NCBI RefSeq assembly: GCF_963853765.1 | Contig: NC_088854.1 | Coordinates: 59,024,001-59,088,000, forward strand | From: Magallana gigas | Lineage: Eukaryota | Length of the DNA: 64,000 nt | Direction: 5' to 3' | In this document: piece after piece, positions 25,701 to 36,627 of the stretch | Position numbering within the stretch: the stretch's first letter is position 1 | Layout of the letters: the number at the start of each line of letters is the position of its first letter | The notes under the pieces: generated by a model | Database searches by the model: none | What the model was told of the DNA's origin: nothing | What the model saw: only the letters and a program-made list of their open reading frames with translations | Made by a program: the position numbers and the translations under genes

Positions 25701-27084
25701 AGCTGAAATCAGTACCAGCGTTATTTATTCATACAATACCCTGCGACAAATATTTTCATATCATATTTTCAGTCTCAAAATTAAATGATTAATTGGACCT
25801 ATCAACCTAAAAGAAATTAGCCCGTCCGCATAATTATGTATCGGACAGTATGAACATTTTAAAACTAAAACTTTCAAATATGTGCATGATTGTACATTTA
25901 AACTGTGTAGAGTAAGTTCCAGTTCAGATCAAAACTCTGAGGTTGGGGTCAATTCTCAACAGGATCAATTTTCAACGTGTCGATGTCTTCAGAGTTTAGA
26001 AAAATCTTTCTCATACCGTTGAAAAATGACCCCGGGTATAAATTTCACGATTTTTGGTCTCAATTTTCAACGTTGAAAAATGACCCCCCAGGTCAATATT
26101 CAACGTTGAAAAGTGACCCCCGGGTCAATTTTCAACCCGGGTCAATATTCTTCGTTACACCAGCCTCGTTAAGCTAAATAAATTAAACATGATTCAAAAT
26201 TTTATTAAAAGCGATAGGTTCAATCTGTGTGAATTGTAACTTATTCGGATTATTTTTTTTTTGGTAGAGTACGCGAATAATTTTGACCAACCAGTCGCTT
26301 ACCAGTGCCCGAATGGTGGCGTTATGGATGGCGTCGGTAGTTACCATGACAACGGATCAGAGGACAGACGCTTCCGTTTCTACTGTTGTGAAAAACCAGG
26401 TTTTAATCAGAGACAATCAACATATCTAATTTCCAACAGTAAATCTATTACGTAATTGACTGTTTATGTCGTTCACATTACAGGAATGTGTCTGTACAAC
26501 TGCTTCTACAGTGGCTGGGTCAATAGTTACGACGGAGATCTGGACTACACAGTACCAGCTGGTCACGTGATGAGGGGCATGATCAGTATCCATGACAACG
26601 GGTCCGAGTATGTTCTTTAGCAAAGTACTGATAAGCGGTAAATAGAATTGTGGTTTATGCCTGTATAAGTTACAAATTATTTAATTTTTCTTTCCAGGGA
26701 CAGAATTTTCGATTTTGAGGTCTGTCTTATGCAGCAATGCTCGTAAGTATATTTCATTGATTGTTCGTAACATTGTCGGCTAAAATAGGAGTTCAGGCTG
26801 ATAACAATAAAGATAACTGGTCATTCTTCTTACCCTATCCTTCGTAACTACTTAGATTTTAACGTAAAAATTTGTATAAACACGGGATTCGAGCCTGATC
26901 ACACGTCTCTAGAGAGCCCTGATGCCCTATGGCTCGCCTCTGGACGACATGAATTACACGAGGGCATATGAATACCATTACCGTCAATTATTGCCTAACC
27001 CAGTATTCAATTTTTTTTTTCAGGAATCCAGGTGGGGATACGATCGGGAAAAGATCAGCAAACAACACGAGTGGACGTCATTGA
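19774..27084 (+). CDS. Dermatopontin/HAAF-like protein, copy C1 (190 aa), with a 6.2 kb insertion-expanded intron 2
   Basis: Exons 19774-19789, 19861-20055, 26268-26399, 26484-26607, 26698-26742, 27024-27084; exon 5 is 6 nt shorter than in C2 (in frame); ends NPGGDTIGKRSANNTSGRH*. Confidence 0.9.
20411..20523. mobile_element. 113-bp foldback MITE with about 50-bp arms and a 9-10 bp target-site duplication
   Basis: Left arm TTGTCTTGTTCAACCAAACGCTCGGCTGTCTCCGTTTATCTCCGACAA pairs with the right arm ending ...GGTTGAACGAGACAA; flanked by GATTGAACTC (20401-20410) and CATTGAACTC (20524-20533). Confidence 0.8.
21601..26163. mobile_element. 4.56 kb non-autonomous DNA-transposon-like element with about 70-bp TIRs and subterminal GTTGAAAATTGACCC repeats
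   Basis: Left CCGGTGTAACGAAGAATTTTGACCCGGGTTGAAAATTGACCCGGGGGTCA matches the reverse complement of the right end ...GGGTCAATATTCTTCGTTACACCAG; no transposase ORF; absent from C2 intron 2. Confidence 0.85.
24140..24520 (-). mobile_element. Fragment of a CR1/L2-type LINE (C-terminal RT region), nested in the TIR element
   Basis: Minus-strand translation KACKKLNILRLLKH...FIRPRLEYGDVVWSSC, then frameshifted LLKHVQIEGTRTVTG...LYCELNLETLQSRRDKHKLIIFSKIING. Confidence 0.75.
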
Positions 27085-27589
27085 TTGTCTAAAATCTGCT
27101 TTATTTTGATTTTATGTCTGTCTGTATTAGTGATATAAACATAACGTCATCTTTGCTATAGCCATAGCCAAGGGAGAGAAGTGGATCATAAAGTTACTAG
27201 TAACCCTTAGCTCACTAGTTTAAAAATAAATGCACTTGTAATTCCAACTCTCAAACTCATGCATATGTCAAAATGTCTAGTCTTGATTGATACATATATT
27301 GGATGTCTTTATCTCCTCTTTTATATAAGCTCTCATATTCTTTATTTAATCATACATACATGTAATTTGCACCTCTCATATTTTTTCTTATCTAAGAGAG
27401 GGATTTGTATAAGCCTTTTGGCTTGTTTCCTAATCTTATTGTACTTTATGCCAAATACATGTACCTGCTATTGTAAATTATCAATAAAAATATTGTTTAA
27501 ACTAACCCTTGGCTAGCGAAGATGAATCTTCGTGTGAACAATAAATGTTAACAATACTTTAGAGGGTCGTGTATATTTTTATTCTTTAA

Positions 27590-29000
27590 GGTGGATCTCT
27601 ACACCAAATAAGTGTAGGAGATTTTTGTTGCATGCATTTGTTACCAATACTAGGCACAGTATTCAACAATAATATACCTCAAAATACAATACACTATTTT
27701 CTAGATAATTTTTAAAATATCAGTCTGGTTCCAGATAACCCCTTATTTATCAAATTTTTAAACATTTCTGTTTTAAAATTCTTATGAAAGTGAAATGTTA
27801 TTAAGTTTAGAAATGAAAAACAAAAAAATCATGAATGAAGTTTGTATGATTTTTATTGGAATCCACATAAATATGAAACTAAAATATGAAAAAATTCTGT
27901 TAAGGCAAACTGCTGAACAAAATCCCACAAAAACCTGAAAATATAAACAATATTCGTTGGTGAATGGGATAAAGAAAAGAAATTGAATGAAATTGAAAAA
28001 TTAAAGGAAATACTTAATTATTGCAAAAATCTTGGTATGAAAGATCCTGTTTAAGAGTTGTCTTTCTTTATTTTACATGGTCTCAAATATCTTGGGATCA
28101 ATTTTTTAATTAACAAAAATCACGAAGAAAAATTAAAAAAGGAACAAGTCTATACTAAATATGTAGATATAAGATAAGTAGTGCTTATGATAATGTTTGA
28201 AGCTGAAAAATTATATTATTGATGAATGCATTATATATATTTAACTCTTCAGAACAAAATATTAGTAGTTAATTACAGTATATTATAAATTGCCTTTTAC
28301 TTTTTTATATACAATAGCAATTATAAACAACAACCATACGCTTATTAATACATACATTAGATGTCCATAGTGATACACATGCATGTGTGGAAATGAAAAA
28401 CATGCTCCTTTTCAGAATCCTGTCTTTCCCTCATTTTGCTTGCAAATCCGGGCTTCCACTGCTATTGCTACCTAGCTGTATCTATTTAAATCAAAATACA
28501 TTAGTTTAATGTCAAAGTTTCAGTGAAGGTCTTTTACTGCAATTTTTTTTTTTAATTTGGGAAGTTAGGATCAATTCAAGAGATCGTACTACGGTACTTT
28601 CGTTTTATATTCATCATACATATATAGTTTAAATGAAAATTTGACATCTGCTTACCTATATCGATAATCCTCCACATATGTATGATCGTCTGTTGCAGAT
28701 GACATGACAAAAATGTATTGCCAATAGCAGCAGAGCAGGGAAACGGTATATTATTTAGAGTCCACGTTTTCCGTACAAAACAGCTGATAATCAATGTTAG
28801 TTAAAAGCTTTAAACAGGAAGAAAATTGACATATTTTCTAAGCGTTTTGGTGATTTCAGTCCTATCTCGTCTCCTTAGTTAGAAGAGTTCAATTAAACGG
28901 TGTATAGCTATTTTGTACCACGACATAATGTTATCAATCCGGAACACAATGGCGTTTCGAACGGAAGTCAGACATGTTTGTGACGATGTAGCCTTCCACC
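27590..29000. mobile_element. 1411-bp non-autonomous TTAA-target element (Kolobok-like GG termini)
   Basis: TTAA at 27586-27589 and 29001-29004; termini GGTGGATCTCTACACC / GATGTAGCCTTCCACC; the empty site is present in duplication copy 2 (~45405-45425). Confidence 0.8.
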
Positions 29001-29209
29001 TTAATAAAACCACTTTTAAAATACTAAATATTAAGATGGCTGGATCGTCCAGGCCCTTTGAGACTGTATTAATCTCCTGTAGAAGAAGAGCCGTGTATAA
29101 CGATATAGAAAACTATCAATTTTTTTAAGTTGGAATACTTTGATATTTTTTAACTTAATAGTATTAAAGGTGGTATGAGGCATCTGTCGATATTAATGTG
29201 GATTAATAG

Positions 29210-29292
29210 AATCATTCATTATGACGAGTGTGGGATAGTGAAATTCCATCTCGGGGACAAGATTCACAGTCTAGGACGAGGCTCTGCCGAGT
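29210..29292. mobile_element. Left half of a foldback MITE (ATCATTCATTATGACGAGTG...GACGAGGCTCTGCCGAGT)
   Basis: The paralogous, complementary-truncated hairpin lies at 45536-45660. Confidence 0.6.
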
Positions 29293-29510
29293 GGGGAGGG
29301 GGGCAAAAAAAAACCCAGACGTGAATTATATAAAAGTGTATATGTCCGAGTTTAATTATGGTTTAATATAAAAGAGAAAATGAATAATACATAAGGGCAT
29401 TATATTATGGTGAATTACAAGCACAAAATGCCTGTTACTCACAGAAATTGAAAGCATAACACCAGAGAAATACAGGAAGTACCGGTATAACTTAATAAAA
29501 CCATATATAT

Positions 29511-32500
29511 GTCATCATGGAATTTGGGGTTTAAATATATAATCAAAGTTGACCTGTAAAATATGACCAAGAGTTCAAATGTGAAGAAAACGTCTTTTAT
29601 TTAGGAAGCGTCCAGCAAAAGTGCTATGACATATAAATCATAAGATTATAAACAATGAGTCTTTGCACATATAAAAATAGTGCAACAGATAATATAAAAT
29701 ATCAATGACCACATTATGTAAAATTAACCATATGATTTACATGTGCAAACATCAATAAAATAAACAAAAGTATAAAAACCACATAAAGTACAAATGTTTA
29801 TAATCCAATGGGGAGATTAACTTAAGTGGGGAGAATTAACTTTAATGGTAGAGAACTTCACTTGGCCATGACAAGGTACACAAATTATGAAGGAGCAGAC
29901 AACATAGGGTCTTATTTGCATAATTTCAAACTACATGTACTCAATTTAAATTCATGATTTGAATCGAAAGATATGTTTGAATAAAGATGAAATAGATTTT
30001 GATTCTGGACTTTCACTTATGAAGTTAAAACAAATAAAAGAATTGAAATCATTAATGCTTAATGAAAACACACACAGCATCACTGCACATGTCTATTGTC
30101 ATAAAAACCCTCAATCAGAATCATAAAGTATGCAATAACAATAAATCCCTAAACGAATTACAGTAAAAATACGTAATTATCAACTTACATCTTTATGCCA
30201 TTTAGTTATCAAATGTATTGTGCAGATTAACAATGTTTTCCTTAAGTCAAGACATTTTCAATTCGGGCGGAAGCGAACTCATGTAAACAAAGCCGAGACT
30301 AAATTTAGAACTGGTCATGTGACACATAAATTTCCGGAAAAGTGTAGCATAAAACTAATAAAAAGAGTAATTCAAATATTCAGATAAATCTACCTAAAGT
30401 AATTTTAGATTTTCAAATAAGACAATTTTTCAATCGATACTAAATTACTTTTGTACACTTATGCATTTCAACGGCATACAATGGGATCTATGTAAATGAC
30501 TAATTTACATGCAACAAGAACAAAGAAAAATCACATAAAATAAAGTACAAACTTATATTGATGTGTTATACAAATTAAGTAAAATTGAACACATAAACCT
30601 GAGATCATAAGAACGTACAATACAAAAATAATTAAAAAGTAAGTAAAATATTGCCTACCTGTAAAATATGACCAAGAGTTCAAATGTGAAGAAAACGTCT
30701 TTTATTTAGGAAGCGTCCAGCAAAAGTGACGCGCTGAGCTTCGATACAAAAATTCCTCTTGGTCAAGGTAGGGTAACGATAGGTTTACAATATTTAAGTT
30801 AATAAGAAAACAAAATAATTTCCCTGTCGGGGGCCTCATACCCAAAAGGAGGGATGTAGCGTGGCCTAAACAAAAGCAGCGCTAATCCGTAATCCTGACA
30901 GTAATTGAGTAAAGGGGACATCAAAAGGCTTTCTTAATTGATTGTCATGTGATTATGTAAAAGTTGTTTGTTAGCAAATTATCCAAAATTCCTCGTGGCA
31001 TCGAATGGTGTTAATATATGTACCTAACTTCTTATCGTGTCTAATTTATAGAATAAAAGATATTGTTAATGCTTGACACAAGTTAAACAGAGACTTAGTC
31101 ACGAATTGTAGTAATTAAAAGTAGTAAAAAGCATTTAACCAAAAAGAACTGTTTTTGAATAAGTTTGAGAAATGATATATTACATTAAAATTATATATAA
31201 TAAAAATAATATCAGAGGGTCAATGAGACCTGATGATAATTTGGGGTTTAAATATATAATCAAAGTTGACCTGTAAAATATGACCAAGAGTTCAAATGTG
31301 AAGAAAACGTCTTTTATTTAGGAAGCGTCCAGCAAAAGTGCTATGACATATAAATCATAAGATTATAAACAATGAGTCTTTGCACATATAAAAATAGTGC
31401 AACAGATAATATAAAATATCAATGACCACATTATGTAAAATTAACCATATGATTTACATGTGCAAACATCAATAAAATAAACAAAAGTATAAAAACCACA
31501 TAAAGTACAAATGTTTATAATCCAATGGGGAGATTAACTTAAGTGGGGAGAATTAACTTTAATGGTAGAGAACTTCACTTGGCCATGACAAGGTACACAA
31601 ATTATGAAGGAGCAGACAACATAGGGTCTTATTTGCATAATTTCAAACTACATGTACTCAATTTAAATTCATGATTTGAATCGAAAGATATGTTTGAATA
31701 AAGATGAAATAGATTTTGATTCTGGACTTTCACTTATGAAGTTAAAACAAATAAAAGAATTGAAATCATTAATGCTTAATGAAAACACACACAGCATCAC
31801 TGCACATGTCTATTGTCATAAAAACCCTCAATCAGAATCATAAAGTATGCAATAACAATAAATCCCTAAACGAATTACAGTAAAAATACGTAATTATCAA
31901 CTTACATCTTTATGCCATTTAGTTATCAAATGTATTGTGCAGATTAACAATGTTTTCCTTAAGTCAAGACATTTTCAATTCGGGCGGAAGCGAACTCATG
32001 TAAACAAAGCCGAGACTAAATTTAGAACTGGTCATGTGACACATAAATTTCCGGAAAAGTGTAGCATAAAACTAATAAAAAGAGTAATTCAAATATTCAG
32101 ATAAATCTACCTAAAGTAATTTTAGATTTTCAAATAAGACAATTTTTCAATCGATACTAAATTACTTTTGTACACTTATGCATTTCAACGGCATACAATG
32201 GGATCTATGTAAATGACTAATTTACATGCAACAAGAACAAAGAAAAATCACATAAAATAAAGTACAAACTTATATTGATGTGTTATACAAATTAAGTAAA
32301 ATTGAACACATAAACCTGAGATCATAAGAACGTACAATACAAAAATAATTAAAAAGTAAGTAAAATATTGCCTACCTGTAAAATATGACCAAGAGTTCAA
32401 ATGTGAAGAAAACGTCTTTTATTTAGGAAGCGTCCAGCAAAAGTGACGCGCTGAGCTTCGATACAAAAATTCCTCTTGGTCAAGGTAGGGTACACGATAG

Positions 32501-32952
32501 GTTTACAATATTTAAGTTAATAAGAAAACAAAATAATTTCCCTGTCGGGGGCCTCATACCCAAAAGGAGGGATGTAGCGTGGCCTAAACAAAAGCAGCGC
32601 TAATCCGTAATCCTGACAGTAATTGAGTAAAGGGGACATCAAAAGGCTTTCTTAATTGATTGTCATGTGATTATGTAAAAGTTGTTTGTTAGCAAATTAT
32701 CCAAAATTCCTCGTGGCATCGAATGGTGTTAATATGTACCTAACTTCTTATCGTGTCTAATTTATAGAATAAAAGATATTGTTAATGCTTGACACAAGTT
32801 AAACAGAGACTTAGTCACGAATTGTAGTAATTAAAAGTAGTAAAAAGCATTTAACCAAAAAGAACTGTTTTTGAATAAGTTTGAGAAATGATATATTACA
32901 TTAAAATTATATATAATAAAAATAATATCAGAGGGTCAATGAGACCTGATGA
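29511..32952. mobile_element. 3.44 kb insertion made of two near-identical 1.7 kb head-to-tail units (29521-31237, 31238-32952), each with an internal 72-bp direct repeat
   Basis: Inserted in a TATATA run that is empty in copy 2 (~46642-46650). The 72-bp repeat ACCTGTAAAATATG...CAGCAAAAGTG occurs at 29552, 30657, 31269 and 32374; short inverted ends GTCATCATGG / CCTGATGA. Confidence 0.85.
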
Positions 32953-33212
32953 TATATACTAAAGGCACACATCTTTTGTAACGTATTAATTTATGACCAT
33001 ATCTGACTTGTAGAATACTTCAGACATGTGACATCTGAAACATATACGTATTTGAATTAAATCGTTCGCTCAGACACCTGATTCTCTGGTAACACTGTCG
33101 CTCTGATTAGCGTTTTTGAATTTGGAAAACTTTCTTTTGACATTGAAGACTGATACTAGTATCACAAAGAATGGTTATCTTGGAAGTTTTACAATCTTCT
33201 TCAGGCGGAATA

Positions 33213-34999
33213 ATGTCTCACCTTCCAGGTAAGTATATGCTCGAGCCAGGAGTACTATACACAAAGTATATATGTATGCTATTCTTTATTCTTATTTAAA
33301 TCTTTATCACGTCTTTGGCACCGTGATTATCTGTACATGTACCCCGGGGATTTATCTACAGAGTTGTCTTATCTTTCCAGTTCTTACTCTCCTCTTTCTG
33401 TCTGTTGTGGGAGTGTGTTCATGGGTCAATGAATACGACAAACCTTTCAGCTTTACCTGTCCGCAACACCAGTCCATCAGTCGAATAGTCAGTCACCATG
33501 ACAACCACAGAGAGGACAAGGTGTTTGATTTTACGAGCTCCAAGTACACGGAGTTCGCTGAGAACTGTATTTGGTCAGGTACGGCGTGACCTTGGGGCCT
33601 CCAAGGGCACCAGTCTCTAGCTACTTATAACGTAGCTGCAATAATGTAGCCCTCTCCCGATTATTTTTTTTTGGGGGGGGGAGGGGAGAGGGCTGGGTAT
33701 CGGTTTTAAATCAACCTTATGACTTCCCCACGCCTAGTCCTGCAAACTCAGTAAATTCATAAAGCCTATATGCTCATTTTATGTTTCTTTATTCCCTTTT
33801 TCTCTCATCATCTGACTATTGCTTTTACACCAAAAACTAGTACTTGGAGAGAACACTTCAATGATCGACTAAATTGTATTTAACATAGTAAAGTATAGCT
33901 ATAGTTGTCTATACACTTGGGCTCAAATACATGGTTGTGCAGTTGACTAATGTGACCCATGGACCTCTTGATTCAGAATCCAATGTCACCAGTGTCAGAT
34001 TGTGCATACTATCATAGGCAGCTTCGCGGATTATAAAGCGTAAACCGCCCCAACCCAGGTTTTACTCGTATAACTTGAGTAGACATTGAGATCATCCATT
34101 AAAAGTTTAGATATTTTACTCTAATAACTCTGTTTTCAAATCAGAAAAATCACAATAACTACAAACAACTTTTAGATTACGTGAACGAGTTCGATCAGCC
34201 AGTGGCTTTCCAGTGTCCACTCGGGAAGGCCTTGGATGGGATTAGCAGTTACCATGACAACGATAGAGAGGACAGACGCTTCAAGTTCTATTGCTGTGAA
34301 ATATAAGGTATGTCAGTGTAAAATGTTACTCTGGCATACATACATGCATGAGTAACAACAGTTAAATTTTAGTCTTAATTCGACATTCCACCTGTCTTTC
34401 CACCTGTCTTTTTCACAGGAATGTGTCTGTACAACTGCTTCTACAGTGGCTGGGTCAATAGTTACGACGGAGATCTGGACTACACAGTACCAGCTGGTCA
34501 CGTGATGAGGGGCATGATCAGTATCCATGACAACGGAGCCGAGTATGTATTTTTCTTGACGACTCCTCCTAATTCAACTCTTTTTTAATCACTTGCCCTT
34601 TATTTAAAGTTTTCTAAATATGAGGTTTTAAGCTATTAATTATAATGGTAAAACAGACTTTTGTTGTTCAGCAGTGATCAGTGAAAAAAACTAGAGCCGA
34701 CGCCAGTTTTTAATCAACCGTTATTAATTTTGAAACAGTCATTTTGATGATGGTTTTTCAGAGACCGAATCTTTGACTTTGAATCATATCTGATGCAAGA
34801 ATGCCTCGACGTGTGAGTAATTCCTCTGAACATGATGTCCTGATCATAGAGACGTTTGGTAGTCTTCAATTATTATAATGAAACTAATTATGGTCTGTAT
34901 TATATAATATTATGGTTTGTTGTCTACTGAGCACTGTTGTCAATAATTCTATTATTGATATTTAATGGAGGAGGCCCTGTTGGAGCAGTAATCGGTTAA
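33213..34999 (+). pseudogene. Dermatopontin/HAAF-like copy D1, pseudogene
   Basis: Exons 33213-33228, 33381-33578, 34176-34307, 34419-34542, 34762-34812, 34969-34999. Premature TAA at 34304-34306 (D2 has ACA), Cys>Ser (33536) and Cys>Tyr (34787), exon 6 acceptor AG>GG (34967-34968). Confidence 0.9.
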
Positions 35000-35109
35000 A
35001 ACACCCCGTGGTAACCTATCAGGAGAGAACTCTATCACCCATGATCATTGTGTGTTCACTGTGAATAAAATAGGAATCTACCCACCTTACAAAGTCTGTA
35101 GTTCTGTAA

Positions 35110-35436
35110 CAGGATATATTTTAACATTTTCCAGTGTCTTTGCCTGTGATAACACTACAGATCGATTTTGTACTATATAACCCATAATACAAATGACGCC
35201 AAATTGAGGCGCCAGCGGGATTTGCTAATTCATATTTAAATATTTTATCGTATGATGGCTTAAAATTATATAAATATAAGTAATAAGGAATCATTCTTTG
35301 AATATTATTAGATGATAATTTCGGTCGGGGCGGGATCAAATCTATCATAAAGCCCTTCGGGCTTTATTGGATTTGATCACGCCCCGACCAAAATCATCAC
35401 CTCATATACTCAAAGAATGATTCCTTATTCCTTATA
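35110..35436 (-). mobile_element. Longer copy of the palindromic MITE family seen at 9236, inserted in duplication copy 1 only
   Basis: Hairpin at 35275-35436 is reverse-oriented relative to 9236-9398; the ~330 bp segment is absent at the paralogous site ~48678-48695. Confidence 0.7.
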
Positions 35437-35685
35437 TGTAATATGGAATCAGTCAAAGACGTGATCTCCATATCATCACAATATGCAAATCAAATATGAC
35501 ATGAATTTATCATTTCCCTTATATCTCGGATTACCGCTGGATATAGTGCGGTTGGGGTCAACAAAATGATGTAGAATTATGCACTCTGTATGAACGACAA
35601 ACGTGTTCGATGTGCACGTGAAAAAAGGCAGCACTATTTGCAAAAGATAATGCGAATACTTTTGAAATTCTTTCAAATAATATAC

Positions 35686-36248
35686 TGAAACGGAATAGGG
35701 GTAGTGACAAGCAGAGAAACACACCCATGAAGTTTAAGTAATAAATCTTATACCCGTACACGTAATAGAGTACACCCATTGAAATGGAATGACCTGGTCC
35801 CCCCTTGGAAGTAAACTCTCCCAAGGGTATATAAACAGACACATCTAGCAGATTAGGCAGAGTAGGTCTGAAACCCACAGCTCTCAGAAGAACCCGCAAG
35901 ACCTGGAAGGTAATAGAAACCTGATAGAAGTAATTTGTGAGGTTGTAAGTAGACAGACTAGGGGAAGGAATACTCCTCAGCGGTAATTGGAATTGGAATC
36001 TTAATTGGTTGTCGGGAGGTAGTAAGTCTATATGACTGAGGCGCCTGACTTCCTGTAATATTAAGAACCCTTTACCAAGGCACGCGGGGATAAGTATCCC
36101 AGTTAAACAATAATAAGTGATTTAAATACACCTCCAATCAATTGTAAATCAAGTTTAATCATTGTACTCAGGAATAGTAGAAGTAAAATTAATATATTTA
36201 TATCCCTTAAAAAGAACCCGATATTTTGTTTAGGTAAAACACGTTACA
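35686..36248 (+). repeat. 5' LTR (563 bp)
   Basis: TGAAACGG...CGTTACA; differs from the 3' LTR by two substitutions and one TCTTA/GCA change. Confidence 0.96.
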
Positions 36249-36251
36249 TTT

Positions 36252-36261
36252 TGGTGGCAGC
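36252..36261 (+). other. Primer-binding site, tRNA-Leu-like
   Basis: TGGTGGCAGC, 3 nt after the 5' LTR, is complementary to the 3' end (GCUGCCA-CCA) of eukaryotic tRNA-Leu(AAG/UAG); the match degrades after 10 nt. Confidence 0.65.
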
Positions 36262-36523
36262 TGGTTAAGGGATAGGAACTGATTAAATTGTTGATTTATT
36301 TTGGTTTTGTTGTTTTATGTAGATTTGTTTTACCAGGTTAATATTTTACCAATTAATTTTTGACGGGTATAGTGGACCGAGTATTTGTGACTTGGTAAGT
36401 ATATTAGAGCTTGTGTATAGTTATCCAAAGGTCGGTTGCGGCGCGTGTGTACAGCGTTACTTCGTGTATTGTTAGGCTTGTTATTGGTTTGCTTAGTCTC
36501 CGGGTAATGAATATTACTTGGTG

Positions 36524-36587
36524 AAGTTTACCAAGTGCAAAGTTTACCGAGTGCAAAGTTTACCGAGTGCAAAGTTAACCAAGTGCA
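36524..36587 (+). repeat. 16-bp tandem repeat x4 (AAGTTTACCRAGTGCA) in the retrotransposon leader
   Basis: Four units directly upstream of the gag ATG. Confidence 0.9.
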
Positions 36588-36627
36588 TTTATAGGAAATT
36601 GTAACCCAGTTAGAATATAATACCAGA

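Noticed and set aside
31228-31260. CTGATGA at the dimer unit ends as a hammerhead ribozyme core
   Set aside because: No helix II or GAAA follows in either context (31230 or 32946).
29552-32445. Four 72-bp direct repeats as a CRISPR-like array
   Set aside because: Repeats are too long, the spacers are 0.5-1 kb and themselves duplicated, the context is eukaryotic and there are no cas genes.
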